This document shows positions 10,401 through 17,924 of a stretch of DNA of 32,000 nt, piece by piece; position 1 is the stretch's first letter; each line of letters begins with the position of its first letter. A program made the translations under genes and the position numbers. The notes beneath the pieces are model-generated. The model was given only the letters and a program-made list of their open reading frames with translations, did no database searches and was not told where the DNA came from. The DNA is taken from positions 1,380,001 through 1,412,000 of the forward strand of contig NZ_LN831039.1 in NCBI RefSeq assembly GCF_001457595.1, in the 5' to 3' direction. The stretch comes from Mycolicibacterium smegmatis. Its GTDB lineage: Bacteria > Actinomycetota > Actinomycetes > Mycobacteriales > Mycobacteriaceae.

Positions 10401-10803
10401 GGCGAAGCTTGTCGCAGGAGCGTTCGGGCTGGGCCGGGTCAACGATGATCGTCGCCGTTCAATTCAACGTGTGGTGCCGACCGAATACCGGCGCGACCGT
10501 GACGACTTCTATTGGGGCGCTGGCGTAAACCCCGACGAATGGTCACTCGTGCGGCAGCCTGAAGACGGGGGAAGCCGGCCTCTCGATGAGGTCAGCCTCA
10601 TCGAGATTGGCAACGCCATGTTGATCGTCGCTGAGCAGACCGGCGGTATCGAGCGCGAAGAGCTCAAGCGCGAGGCACTTGCGCTCTTCGGTGGTCGCCG
10701 CATCACCCAGGCGATCGGCGCTCGGCTGGACGACGCGCTGAAGCGTGCTGTCGACAGGCGAGTGTTGAAGTATTCGCCGGCGGGGTTGGTGGTGGTCGCC
10801 TAG
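4435..10803 (+). CDS. Hhe-like giant defence protein: Swt1-like HEPN + transglutaminase-like core + DUF4011 + Upf1/DNA2-like SF1 helicase + Vsr/DUF559-like nuclease + DUF3320-like tail
   Basis: 2122-aa uninterrupted ORF. GTG start after GAGGGGGAG. HEPN Rx4H motif RNKWAH (4731-4748). Cys/His motif GTCLDTTL...RGHAFLGYW. WKNALLDLSLRNRLINF (DUF4011-like). Walker A GPPGTGKSQT (~7018-7047). Helicase motifs VVFDEASQ, VVVGDSKQMPP, WHYRSQDE, QGDERD and VAVTRAR. C-terminal FRVDLVIADPD...VAVLLDG nuclease-like core. Confidence 0.85.
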   Translation: MINTGDHHALVGQALTVLARGLSPFVNHVLAKAVPPGTEWPELLRRKDAANGRGGGEYRSTDLAMMLRAMTERVGDVGWPFNRSMPRQAEIYAKELREVRNKWAHTGEFTAPEAYRAIDSAELLLRAIDAPEPAAALAQLKAAVSPLATGTPTNSETPVTTTTATKTAPHVLTPPRPPHPDAPRIDIAAIPDLSYAMAHCRIPVIDHITIDNTFGDLLGATIEIDVVSAEGSHGGPREVHADLSPGRPTTLRDVDLKLDPASMLTVDEQRPADIRVVVRDPAGTALAEAAHPVNVLAANQWKASPTQLALEMLAAYVQPNSTAVAALMPKVSDRLLATTGNSAIDGYQSENPDRVDAIARAVFEAMRACDIRYAEPPASWGDDGQKVRTPAEVLEGRLGTCLDTTLTMAAVLEQAGINTTIWVLRGHAFLGYWRTDSALSTVSTTEAVEVANQVDLGAIGLIETTMVTQSADGATFDDARAVPRIKYLSDGLGDVIGITDIRQARQARIHPLPSRAVDDQGNVVVTEYKPANGPVIMPYVATGTKAAAPQGAVPARVTQWKNALLDLSLRNRLINFTDRAGFRIEIPGPALARFEDAINAGDKITLMASDAVKSVDQARGIRFGRDLPEQERELLLADKHSAYIDITDASYQRGLRNLAYKARTIREETGANNLYLAFGMLSWHLNDRELRSPLILVPVSLSTSNRGQSYVLTIDDAGASTPNYCLVEKLRTALGLEIPGLANPDEDASGIDLAGTFNSVRHAIADAGLAFRVEDTVHLSILQFAKFPLWKDLDESWEALSRNPLVKHLIETPTSQFVDPVAPPEDVDLDELGASVPVPADSSQLRAVAEAVGGRTFVLEGPPGTGKSQTITNLLAHAMAAGRRVLFVAEKRAALDVVKKRLESVGLGELSLDLHDKSARPAAVRAQIKEALELRVTHDADLLRTKLQSAESSRRSLARYAERLHEMNAVGHSLYTARSRELAADPDVEPFEVPKSLVASADPSILDAVDEVMRGLPEKVDLARPRREHAWGFIDSVPASGLDAAEVYTAAVEFDAALEDVLEGGLALDQLAKAHSPNAVVAWARLAAEPRFPLDAVDSLHEAEGQNQLNGIDQLSAKLGATQPDWLATATPAAMDLDIPAIHKSAVEADESGFFGRKKRRRAVREQLADVLAVDPSTVKLKTLSTLTADIETTYRDVSDLRGRVAKLPTRLIDPSWNPLVSDDATRLADALAAVRRVGKVLSEHPDEPRISAMRAFYRDTGQGALAQPLQRLASAWQRLTAVTGTSEDGQRMWAGEGSFLEQWWATRGDRKLQTPASAERWVDLLTHVEPLRKAGMDHVRVDILKGMVVPEDAPLAFDHGAARASVTERLEASALGDFHVTAHNKTIQRFTSSASAIREELRRAIPAELLGSRTFDAAADTGQVGGLRRQLDRKRGGMSVRALMDNFGELITQILPCTLMSPDSVARFFPARPDIFDIVVFDEASQIRVADAIGAMGRAKSVVVVGDSKQMPPTSFAEASATVDDDEDYNPDVVADEESILTECVHAQVPQQWLSWHYRSQDEALIAFSNVHYYGGQLASFPAPHAGTAGHGISLVRVDGHFERSGKGKTLRTNRVEAERIVEDIRRRFAESPDRAPSLGVITFNAQQRDLIENMLRDTRDERLLAALDEPDGLFVKNLENVQGDERDTILFSVAFSKKENGVLPLNFGPLSRPGGERRLNVAVTRARREVVLYASFDPADLRAEETTQVGTKHLKAYLELAARGVDTIIDGGKRQPVIDRHRDDIAEALRNEGFVVRTDVGLSEFRVDLVIADPDEPDRALVAVLLDGAEWYRRKTVADRDGLPIDVLSNLMHWPSVERVWMPEWLNYREATLERLRQAVDDAKQRLAQPVEKPSEPVETPTLVIPPPVTGPEHEPATIGSLKSAPTVTAPKPKQHPNIRAFEEWSPRIAGDKSVLDALPSPWARSQVLTVAREIIEVEAPIHRDRLAKLVAGAFGLGRVNDDRRRSIQRVVPTEYRRDRDDFYWGAGVNPDEWSLVRQPEDGGSRPLDEVSLIEIGNAMLIVAEQTGGIEREELKREALALFGGRRITQAIGARLDDALKRAVDRRVLKYSPAGLVVVA

Positions 10804-11174
10804 AAGGTTGCGCGTGCCGGCTGTTCGCACCTCGTCGCTCCGTTGAAGGGGATATTGTTCGGTGGTCGATGATGGTGCCGTCGATGACCGCTGCATGCGG
10901 TTCAACGCTAACGCATTCCGTGTACCACCGCCACGACGGAAGCGGACAAATGTTGGCGTAGCCAGGATTTGACGGGTTCACGTGCGCCAGTAGTTCGGAG
11001 ACGCCACAACTCAAAGACGCCAAGCTTTATGGCCGCCCGGAGAGATCGCCGGGACCTGTACCACCCCGGCGGAGACCAAGGGAGACACTCCTGACGATCA
11101 AGATCTGGCAGAAGGCGTTGATTCCTTTGCTTGAGTGATTTTGGTCGGTCTCTCGAAGGACGCTTCTATGTTTG

Positions 11175-12286
11175 TCAATGGGCGACTGAGGTGTTGAGCA
11201 CCCGGAAGAGTTCGCGGGCGGTGTAGCGCTTGAGTGCGCGGCGGATCTCGGCGTCGGATCTGCCTTTCGCCCGGCTGGCAGCAATGCAGGCGTGGGTGCG
11301 GGGGACATCCGCCACCGCGTCAACACGATATCGTGCAGCGCCCGATTGAGATGGCGGTCGCCGCCGCGATTGAGTCGGTGCCGGTGGGTGCGACCGCTGC
11401 TGGCGGGTACCGGGCTGACTCCGGCAAGGGCCGCGAAGGCGGCTTCGTGACGGCGACCGTGATGCGACCAGGACACGAGCAACTGGCCGCCGCTGACCGG
11501 GCCGACGCCGAGTCGGTCCTGCAAGCCAGGGGCGAATGCCTCGACCAGTTCGGCCAGCTGGCGCTTGTTATCGGCGAGGCGCGGGCGCCGTCGCGGATCG
11601 CCAATGCCAACCGGCGTGCTTTGGCGCAACGTACGCGGGCTTCGGTCGAGGCGCCGCGGTCCCCGCGCCGGCGCGCGATGACTCCGAGGTTGTGTCCGAC
11701 ATCGAGCAACGGGCGAGCGCGCGATCGTCATCGTCGCCGGTGAACAGCAGCGCCCGAAGCCTGTTGATCTGCGCGGTGCGCGAGATGGTCATGTCGCTGC
11801 GCGCGCTAAGAAGTATGCGGATAGCTTCACGATCACCGCCGCGGGCAATGGCTTTCGTTCGTCATCCATGCGCAACACCTCAAGCGCAGCAAGCCGGGCG
11901 TCGACGGGATCGGACTTGCCGCGACGGCGGTGACGCCGACGCGGGCACTCGACCTCGACCACGACCAGACCGGCGTTGTTGAGTGCGCGCGCCAGACCAA
12001 TTCCGTAACTACGAGTTCCCTCCAGCCCGACGATAACGCCAGGCCCGGGCGCATGCTCGGCGATCCACTCCAACGCGCCAATGAATCCCGACGCGTTGTT
12101 CTCGATAGTCAGTGTCGCGATCGTTGTGCCGTTGGGTGCGGTCATCTCCAATGCGTGAGTGTCTCGGTGGGCGTCGCCACCGATGACAGCGCCCACCGTT
12201 TCTGCCACCATTGCCACGGGCCTTGCGCTCCTGTCCAGTGCACGGATCAGGGCGGCACCGGCCCGGGAGGATCCGCTCGGCGGCAT
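11175..12286 (-). pseudogene. IS110-family transposase, multiply frameshifted
   Basis: N-terminal DEDD-type region (GGDAHRDTHA...GLEGTRSYG...GKSDPVDA) in ORF 11789-12286. The middle (TAQINRLRALL; LDVGHNLGVIARRR) and C-terminal parts (GVGPVSGGQLL...SSGRTHRHRLNRGGDRHLNRALH; AKGRSDAEIRRALKRYTARELFRVL-stop at ~11175) lie in other frames. At least 4 frame changes are needed. Confidence 0.75.
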
Positions 12287-12501
12287 ATCTGTGATGGGTC
12301 ACGCGCCACGACAGCAGCACGGACAGGCTTCTGATCAGGCCAGAGGTGGGGCGGGCCGGTGCCGATGCCAGCGACGACGGGTCCTTCGCACGGCACACCA
12401 ACCCGGCGGCCAAATCACGCGTGAGTCAGTCCCTGGCATCGACACCGATCCTGACAGCGACTCAAACCGGAATTTGTCAAGGTGTTTGAGTCCAGTGGGT
12501 G

Positions 12502-13515
12502 TTAAGCGGCTTCCGTTTCGGTCTCCTGTTCGGCCGGTTTGGGTGGGTTGATCGCCGCGGATTCAGGTAGGTCGATGACCTTGGGTGCGGTGTCGCGGCC
12601 GAATCGGCGTGGGTGGCGCGCCCTGGCGTCGGCGAGCACGGCTCGGCGCTGGGTGTCTTTCCCGCCGGCGAGGCCGTAGAACACATCGGCGGGTGTGTGC
12701 AGCCCGATGCCGCTGTGGCGGTGTTCATGGTTGTACCACTGCACGAATCGGTCCATGAAATCCCTCGCGTGATGGATGGATTCGAAGCGTTCCGGGAACG
12801 CCGGCGCATACTTCAAGGTCTTGAACCAGGACTCGCTGTAGGGGTTGTCGTTGGATACCTTGGGCCGCGAATGCGAGCGGATGACTCCCAGATCCGAGAG
12901 CAGTCCGGCGACGGTGTTGCTGGTCATCGAGGTGCCCCGATCAGCGTGCACGACGTGTGGGATGCCGTAGGTGCCGAAGATCTGTTCCATCATCTCCTTG
13001 GCCAGCTGGCCGCATTCGCGGGCGTGCACATGGACCCCGACGATGTAACGCGAGTAAATGTCGATCATCACGTAGGCGTCGTAGTAGACCCCTTTGACCG
13101 GGCCGGCCAGTTTGGTGATGTCCCACGAATACACCTGCCGCGGCGCGGTGGCCACCAGTTCCGGGCAGACCGCTTTGCGGTGCCGGGCCAGCCGACGGCG
13201 CTCCTTGACCAGCTTGTTGGCATTGAGGACGCGGTACATCGTCGACACCGAACACAGGTAGCTGCCTTCATCGAGCAACGTGGCCCACACCTGCATCGGC
13301 GCGGCATCGACGAACCGGGCACTGTTGAGCACCTCAACCACCCGGGCGCATTCGGACTCGGTGAGCTTGTTGACCGGGACCGGTCGTGGTGCCCGATCGG
13401 CAGGCGCCGGCGCGGGTTTGGCGCGTCGAGTGGCCGTCGAGCGGTGCATGCCGGTCACCTCCGCGGCCTTGCGGGTCGGAATCTGGATATCCCGCAGATC
13501 GTTGTAGGCATCCAT
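12502..13515 (-). CDS. IS3-family transposase OrfB (DDE integrase core), expressed as an OrfAB fusion
   Basis: 337 aa from the first Met. The frame is open upstream to the slippery site. DDE-region motifs YSWDITKL, VHADRGTSMTS and SNDNPYSESWFKTLKY. Confidence 0.85.
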   Translation of the reverse strand: MDAYNDLRDIQIPTRKAAEVTGMHRSTATRRAKPAPAPADRAPRPVPVNKLTESECARVVEVLNSARFVDAAPMQVWATLLDEGSYLCSVSTMYRVLNANKLVKERRRLARHRKAVCPELVATAPRQVYSWDITKLAGPVKGVYYDAYVMIDIYSRYIVGVHVHARECGQLAKEMMEQIFGTYGIPHVVHADRGTSMTSNTVAGLLSDLGVIRSHSRPKVSNDNPYSESWFKTLKYAPAFPERFESIHHARDFMDRFVQWYNHEHRHSGIGLHTPADVFYGLAGGKDTQRRAVLADARARHPRRFGRDTAPKVIDLPESAAINPPKPAEQETETEAA

Positions 13516-13943
13516 CAGCGCTTGGTCGGCGGCGTGTCGGTGTCCGCGCTCTCGGAGAGAGACTCCAAGAGCGCGTGTGCTTTTCCCATGATCCCCAGGG
13601 CAGCCTCGGTGGTCGCCAGCCGATTATTGGCCTGGGCGAGTTCCTTTTTCAGGCGGGCGATCTCGGCCTGCTCGCGGGTGAGTTTACCGACCTTCTCCCC
13701 AGGTGCCTTGCCTTCCAACACCCCAGCATCGCGTTGTTTGCGCCACTCGGCGATCTGCGAGGAATACAACCCCTCACCGCGCAGGTACGCCCCACCATCG
13801 TTGGTCGTACAGGCCTGCTCATAGGCATCCAGGTGGGCCAGCTTCTGCGCCGGAGAAATCGAGCGCCGCCGGCGCGGGCCATCAGATCGCGGTGAAGGTG
13901 CCACCGCTCCAGTCTCGCGCACAGCAGCCATCGTCGTCGTCAT
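13515..13943 (-). CDS. IS3-family transposase OrfA (copy 2)
   Basis: Identical to 107-535. Confidence 0.85.
   Translation of the reverse strand: MTTTMAAVRETGAVAPSPRSDGPRRRRSISPAQKLAHLDAYEQACTTNDGGAYLRGEGLYSSQIAEWRKQRDAGVLEGKAPGEKVGKLTREQAEIARLKKELAQANNRLATTEAALGIMGKAHALLESLSESADTDTPPTKR
13581..13587 (-). promoter_or_regulatory. -1 programmed ribosomal frameshift heptamer G_GGA_AAA
   Basis: Minus strand reads atc atg gga aaa gca. The -1 frame (ggg aaa agc ...) is open and runs into the OrfB Met (MDAYNDL). The same heptamer is present in copy 1 at 173-179. Confidence 0.6.
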
Positions 13944-14555
13944 GGTTCAGGTGATTCCGTTCTCGCCCCGAGATCAAGCCAAGTTGCCAAGTTGCTAAGT
14001 ACCAGTGGACTCAACTCACCCTGACACCCAGGGAACAGCCGAATCGCTACAACACACACTCACAAATCACGCGATGACCTTCATTCATTCGGCTACGACA
14101 CGCCGGTACTGCTAATGAGGTCCGACTCGTACACCACTCTGCTGGACGCAACCCGTCAACGTGCAGGAAAGGAGTCGCATGAGGCGTGTCTTCGCTTTCC
14201 GCCGCTGCGACGATCGCCTCCATCTCGCGGCCGCCTTCGAGAACCGTGAAAGGGCAACCGGCGCATGGTCCGCGGTCATGAAGTCCCGCAGGCGTCTGGC
14301 CACAGCCATTGATTGCGAGACCTGACCGCCCCTGGCGAATAACGGCAGTCACAACACGTCCTCTGTACATTTCCTGGCCTGCACAGTTCGTGTATTCGTG
14401 GCGGGTGGCAAGAAATCGAACGGATGTCGGCAGTGGGCGTTATTCTCTCGGAAGGTTGCTGGAGTTGAATGATGGGAATCGGCCGCGCGCAAGAGGACGT
14501 ATCAAGTGATCAATGAAAGCGTTGTTGTACCGGGTAGGGGAGACGGAACGCATCA

Positions 14556-17500
14556 ATGATGGGCCTTGATCCCGTGTCGGACAGGCGAACCGAGCCGACA
14601 TTTGGGTACCACCCAGACGCCGACCGGGTGGATGTTCCACTTGACCTAGCTGAGTTTAGTCGAGCGGTCGTGCTGGACCGTCCCGTGGCAAACCTCAGAG
14701 ACCGGGTCGCGGACTGCCGGATCCTCTGGCAGGCAGAAGCGGGCTTGCCCGAGGGCGTGTATTGGTTCGAGGGCATCGAGTCCCCGATGCTGATGCAGGT
14801 GGCTGCCGGTGCACCGCCCGGTGACTCAGCGGTTGTTCCAGTTGCGTCGCTGCCTGACGACCATCCACTGATGAACGCTTGGGGGTGGGCAGAGGAACTG
14901 TGGGAGCGGGCCGTGCCCGTGCCTGCGCCCAAGTTCGCTATCAACGAGGTCGCAGTGACCCATCCGGGTGACAGGGATGTGACGATCAGGGACCGCCGGT
15001 TCTTCAGCGACGAGTGGTCGTACTCGGTCACCATGGACGGGCGGCGCATCGATGTGATCGAGTCGAAGTTGCGAGCTCGCCCTCAGCTCGATGATCCTCG
15101 CGCATGGGTGTTGAAGGAGCCTACGCCTGCTGGTCGGTTTGGTGCCACACTTACCCGCGCAAAGCTGCTGGGTAAGTTCGCGAATACCCTCTTCTCGTTC
15201 CGTGCTACGCGCACCACGTTTCGTCCCTACCAGTTCAAACCGGTGTTAAAGCTACTACAGACTGGCAAGGCGCGATTGCTCATCGCCGACGAGGTCGGTC
15301 TGGGCAAGACGATCGAAGCGGGTTTGATATGGACTGAGTTGGAAGCGCGGCAGGAAGCGGATCGTGTTCTGGTCGTCTGCCCGTCGAGCTTGTTGGCCAA
15401 GTGGAAAGAGGAGATGGCGGACAGGTTCGGCTTCGAGCTGACGGAACTCGATGCCAGTGGCTTGGCGCAGTTTTACGACAGGCATCTGCAGAACCGTCTC
15501 CCACGACGGCAGGCGTACATCTGCAGTATGGAACGCCTACGTACGTGGGGCGGACTGGATGATTTCAGAGATGTCCCCCCTGAGTTCGACCTTGTCATAG
15601 TTGACGAAGCGCATTCGATGCGAAATTCAGACACCAAGAGCTATGCCTTGGGCACACAACTAGACGAGTGGGCGGACAACCTGGTATTCCTGACTGCAAC
15701 GCCCATCAACCTGCACCAAACGGATCTTCTCAATCTGTTGGAGCTGTTGGCTCCTGGAGACTATGGGGACATCCGCGATCTCGAAATGCGTCTGGAACCC
15801 AACCGCATCACCAACCGCGTTGTGGCTCGACTCAGCGAGAAGGGGGTCACCGGCCACGAACTTCTTGGCGAATTGGAACAGTTGTCCGCGACACCATATG
15901 GCCGAGCACTGACACAAAGGCCGGATTTCAATCTCTTGCGTGATGTCCTGGGGAAGACTGAACTTACGCCGCGCGACATTGTCGACGCCAAACGTACCTT
16001 ATCGGAACTGAACACACTGTCCACTGTTATCACACGCACAAAGAAGGTCGAAGTCGACGACCGAAAGGCGAAGCGCAAGGAGGACCGCAGGAATATTCAG
16101 TGGACTGATGCAGAAGAAAGGTTCTACGCCGAATACCTCGAGTGGTGTCGTACGCGAGCGGCGGAACTGGGGCGGCCGCTGTACTTCGCGATGCAGATGC
16201 CATTGCGGCTCGCGAGTGCCTGTCTGCCGATGGCGCGAAAGGCCGTCCTGGAACCTGACGCATTCGGTCAGATTTCCGACTCGGACTCGGGCGAGGTTTC
16301 CAGTCGGCTCGAGCCACACGAGGCACTTGTCGATGCGGCTCTCGCGCTCCCCGAAGGTGTCGACACCAAGTTCGACGTGCTTCGTGAGGTGCTATCCAGT
16401 CTACACTCGGGCAACCGTCAAGCGTTGATCTTCACGTTCTCGGTCCCCACCCTGGCCTACTTGAGTGATCGACTCAGCGAGGATTATCGAGTTGCGGTAA
16501 TGCACGGTGGAGTAAAGCGCGAGTCCCGTATCAAGATCATGGCCGACTTCCGTTCGGGTCAGTACGACTTTGTGCTGGCAAACCGCGTTGCCAGTGAGGG
16601 TCTTGACTTCGAATTCTGTTCCGCAGTAGTCAACTATGACCTTCCCTGGAACCCTATGGAAATTGAGCAGCGCATAGGCCGGATCGATCGGATTGGGCAG
16701 CAAGACGAGGCAATCGTTGTCGTCAACTTTGTCAACGAGAGCACGATTGATGAGCGGATCCTCAGTCGTCTCCTCGACCGCATCGAGATCTTCGAATCCT
16801 CCATCGGCGCGCTCGAACCCATCGTCACGGTGCACGCACGGGAGATTCTTCAGGCCGGGTTCGACTTCACGCTCACGCGCTGCGAGCGTGAACAGAAGGT
16901 CCACGAGATGTTGACGGCTCTTGAAGAGCAGCGCGCCGGCCTGGAGGACGTCGCCGACGCTGCCAGCGCACTTCTGGTGAGCAACGATGTCGAAGTGGCC
17001 GGGCTGGAAGACGATTTGGTACGCACAGGCCAGTACATCGGGCAGCAAGAATTGGCGTCACTACTTGACGACTGGGCACGAATCGACGGTGCGCCTGGGA
17101 TCAAACGGATCGGTGACGGGAACACCGTCGAACTGCTTGGAAATCCGGCGATGGCTTCTCGCGTCAACGACCTGGTGAAGAAGCACCAGCGGACCCGCTC
17201 GGAGACGAGACTCATTTCCGCCAGCCTGCGCAACGAGTTACCCATACCGCTCGTTCTTGACCAGGAGACCGCTCGAACGGGTGGCGGAACCCTGCTCACC
17301 GCGACAAATCCTCTTGTCATGGCTGCCGCGTCAGTGCCGGGGCATCGTCAAGCTCGATTCGCTTCTCTGAGGATTGTCACCGGAGAGGATGATGTCGTAC
17401 CCGGTATCTACATTGTGGTACTGGCGACGGCGATTTCAGCCGCGCGGGGTGGAGATGAGATTTGGGGGAGCGCCGTAGACCAACAGGGGCGGAATGCGGG

Positions 17501-17924
17501 CGAGTGGCCGGTGAACGTACTACTTGCAGCATTGGCGGAGGGCAACCTCGCCGATGCACCGATGCCGGATGTCAACAAACTTGACCGCCTCGCCGAACGA
17601 GCGCTGAACCAGCTGCACTTTAGGCATGCGCGGGAGCAGAAGCGACGCGACGATGAGTTTGAGTCTCTGCGAGACGCCAAGCTCATTAGTCTGCGGGCGC
17701 AGCACCTTCGCAGGAGAGAAGCAATCGAGAATCGGATCGCTACTGCGCAGAGCCGGGGCCGTGGTGAGCGCGCGATCGATCTATTCCGCAGTCAGCTACG
17801 GCGGGCGGAGGAGCGCTACGAAGCCCTGGTGGCTGATCTGTCGACCCAGGCGCAACCTGAGATTCGACTAGAGCCCCTGGGCGCCTGCGTCATGAATGTC
17901 GGCGTCGCTGGAGAGTCTGCATGA
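14556..17924 (+). CDS. SNF2-family (HepA/RapA-type, COG0553-like) ATPase with unassigned N- and C-terminal regions
   Basis: 1122 aa. Motifs FRPYQFKPVLKLL...LLIADEVGLGKTIEAG (I), LVIVDEAHSMRN (II), FLTATPI (III). Helicase-C lobe ...ANRVASEGLDFEFCSAVVNYDLPWNPMEIEQRIGRIDRIGQ. About 215 aa upstream and about 400 aa downstream of the core carry no motif I recognise. Coiled-coil-like Arg/Glu-rich tail. Confidence 0.85.
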   Translation: MMGLDPVSDRRTEPTFGYHPDADRVDVPLDLAEFSRAVVLDRPVANLRDRVADCRILWQAEAGLPEGVYWFEGIESPMLMQVAAGAPPGDSAVVPVASLPDDHPLMNAWGWAEELWERAVPVPAPKFAINEVAVTHPGDRDVTIRDRRFFSDEWSYSVTMDGRRIDVIESKLRARPQLDDPRAWVLKEPTPAGRFGATLTRAKLLGKFANTLFSFRATRTTFRPYQFKPVLKLLQTGKARLLIADEVGLGKTIEAGLIWTELEARQEADRVLVVCPSSLLAKWKEEMADRFGFELTELDASGLAQFYDRHLQNRLPRRQAYICSMERLRTWGGLDDFRDVPPEFDLVIVDEAHSMRNSDTKSYALGTQLDEWADNLVFLTATPINLHQTDLLNLLELLAPGDYGDIRDLEMRLEPNRITNRVVARLSEKGVTGHELLGELEQLSATPYGRALTQRPDFNLLRDVLGKTELTPRDIVDAKRTLSELNTLSTVITRTKKVEVDDRKAKRKEDRRNIQWTDAEERFYAEYLEWCRTRAAELGRPLYFAMQMPLRLASACLPMARKAVLEPDAFGQISDSDSGEVSSRLEPHEALVDAALALPEGVDTKFDVLREVLSSLHSGNRQALIFTFSVPTLAYLSDRLSEDYRVAVMHGGVKRESRIKIMADFRSGQYDFVLANRVASEGLDFEFCSAVVNYDLPWNPMEIEQRIGRIDRIGQQDEAIVVVNFVNESTIDERILSRLLDRIEIFESSIGALEPIVTVHAREILQAGFDFTLTRCEREQKVHEMLTALEEQRAGLEDVADAASALLVSNDVEVAGLEDDLVRTGQYIGQQELASLLDDWARIDGAPGIKRIGDGNTVELLGNPAMASRVNDLVKKHQRTRSETRLISASLRNELPIPLVLDQETARTGGGTLLTATNPLVMAAASVPGHRQARFASLRIVTGEDDVVPGIYIVVLATAISAARGGDEIWGSAVDQQGRNAGEWPVNVLLAALAEGNLADAPMPDVNKLDRLAERALNQLHFRHAREQKRRDDEFESLRDAKLISLRAQHLRRREAIENRIATAQSRGRGERAIDLFRSQLRRAEERYEALVADLSTQAQPEIRLEPLGACVMNVGVAGESA

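Larger units (their letters stand above)
12475..14034 (-). mobile_element. IS3-family insertion sequence, complete copy 2
   Basis: Imperfect terminal inverted repeats: TGTCAAGGTGTTTGAGTCCAGTGG at 12475, and the reverse complement of ...CCAGTGGACTCAACTCACCCTGACA ending at 14026. Identity with copy 1 runs to 14034. orfA/orfB have the -1 frameshift organisation. Confidence 0.85.

Noticed and set aside
10804-11174. Possible small genes or fragments between the Hhe-like stop and the IS110 remnant (for example ORF 10703-11023, minus strand).
   Set aside because: No start or RBS support and no motif. It overlaps the end of the Hhe-like gene. It is probably untranslated IS110 flank or remnant.
12613-13824. 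403-aa plus-strand ORF across the IS3 element. Its partial twin is at 36-416.
   Set aside because: It is antisense to the clearly recognisable OrfA/OrfB transposase frames and has no motifs.
14027-14034. The 8 bp (cccaggga) shared by both IS3 copies just outside the TGTCA inverted repeat, considered as a target-site duplication.
   Set aside because: It occurs on the same side of both copies, not on both sides of one copy. It does not match the left flank at 12467-12474. It is either part of the IS end or co-duplicated flank, not a target-site duplication.
14047-14370. 107-aa minus-strand ORF in the lower-GC spacer upstream of the SNF2 gene.
   Set aside because: No recognisable motif. The sequence is Cys/Arg-rich and improbable, and competing ORFs overlap it. 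Treated as non-coding or remnant.
14035-14555. Possible rifamycin-associated element (RAE) or other HelR-type regulatory palindrome upstream of the HelD-like gene's operon.
   Set aside because: I could not see a GC-rich ~19-bp palindrome of the RAE type. The HelD-like gene is also translationally coupled to the SNF2 gene rather than having its own promoter. There is no support for a HelR-like antibiotic-response locus.
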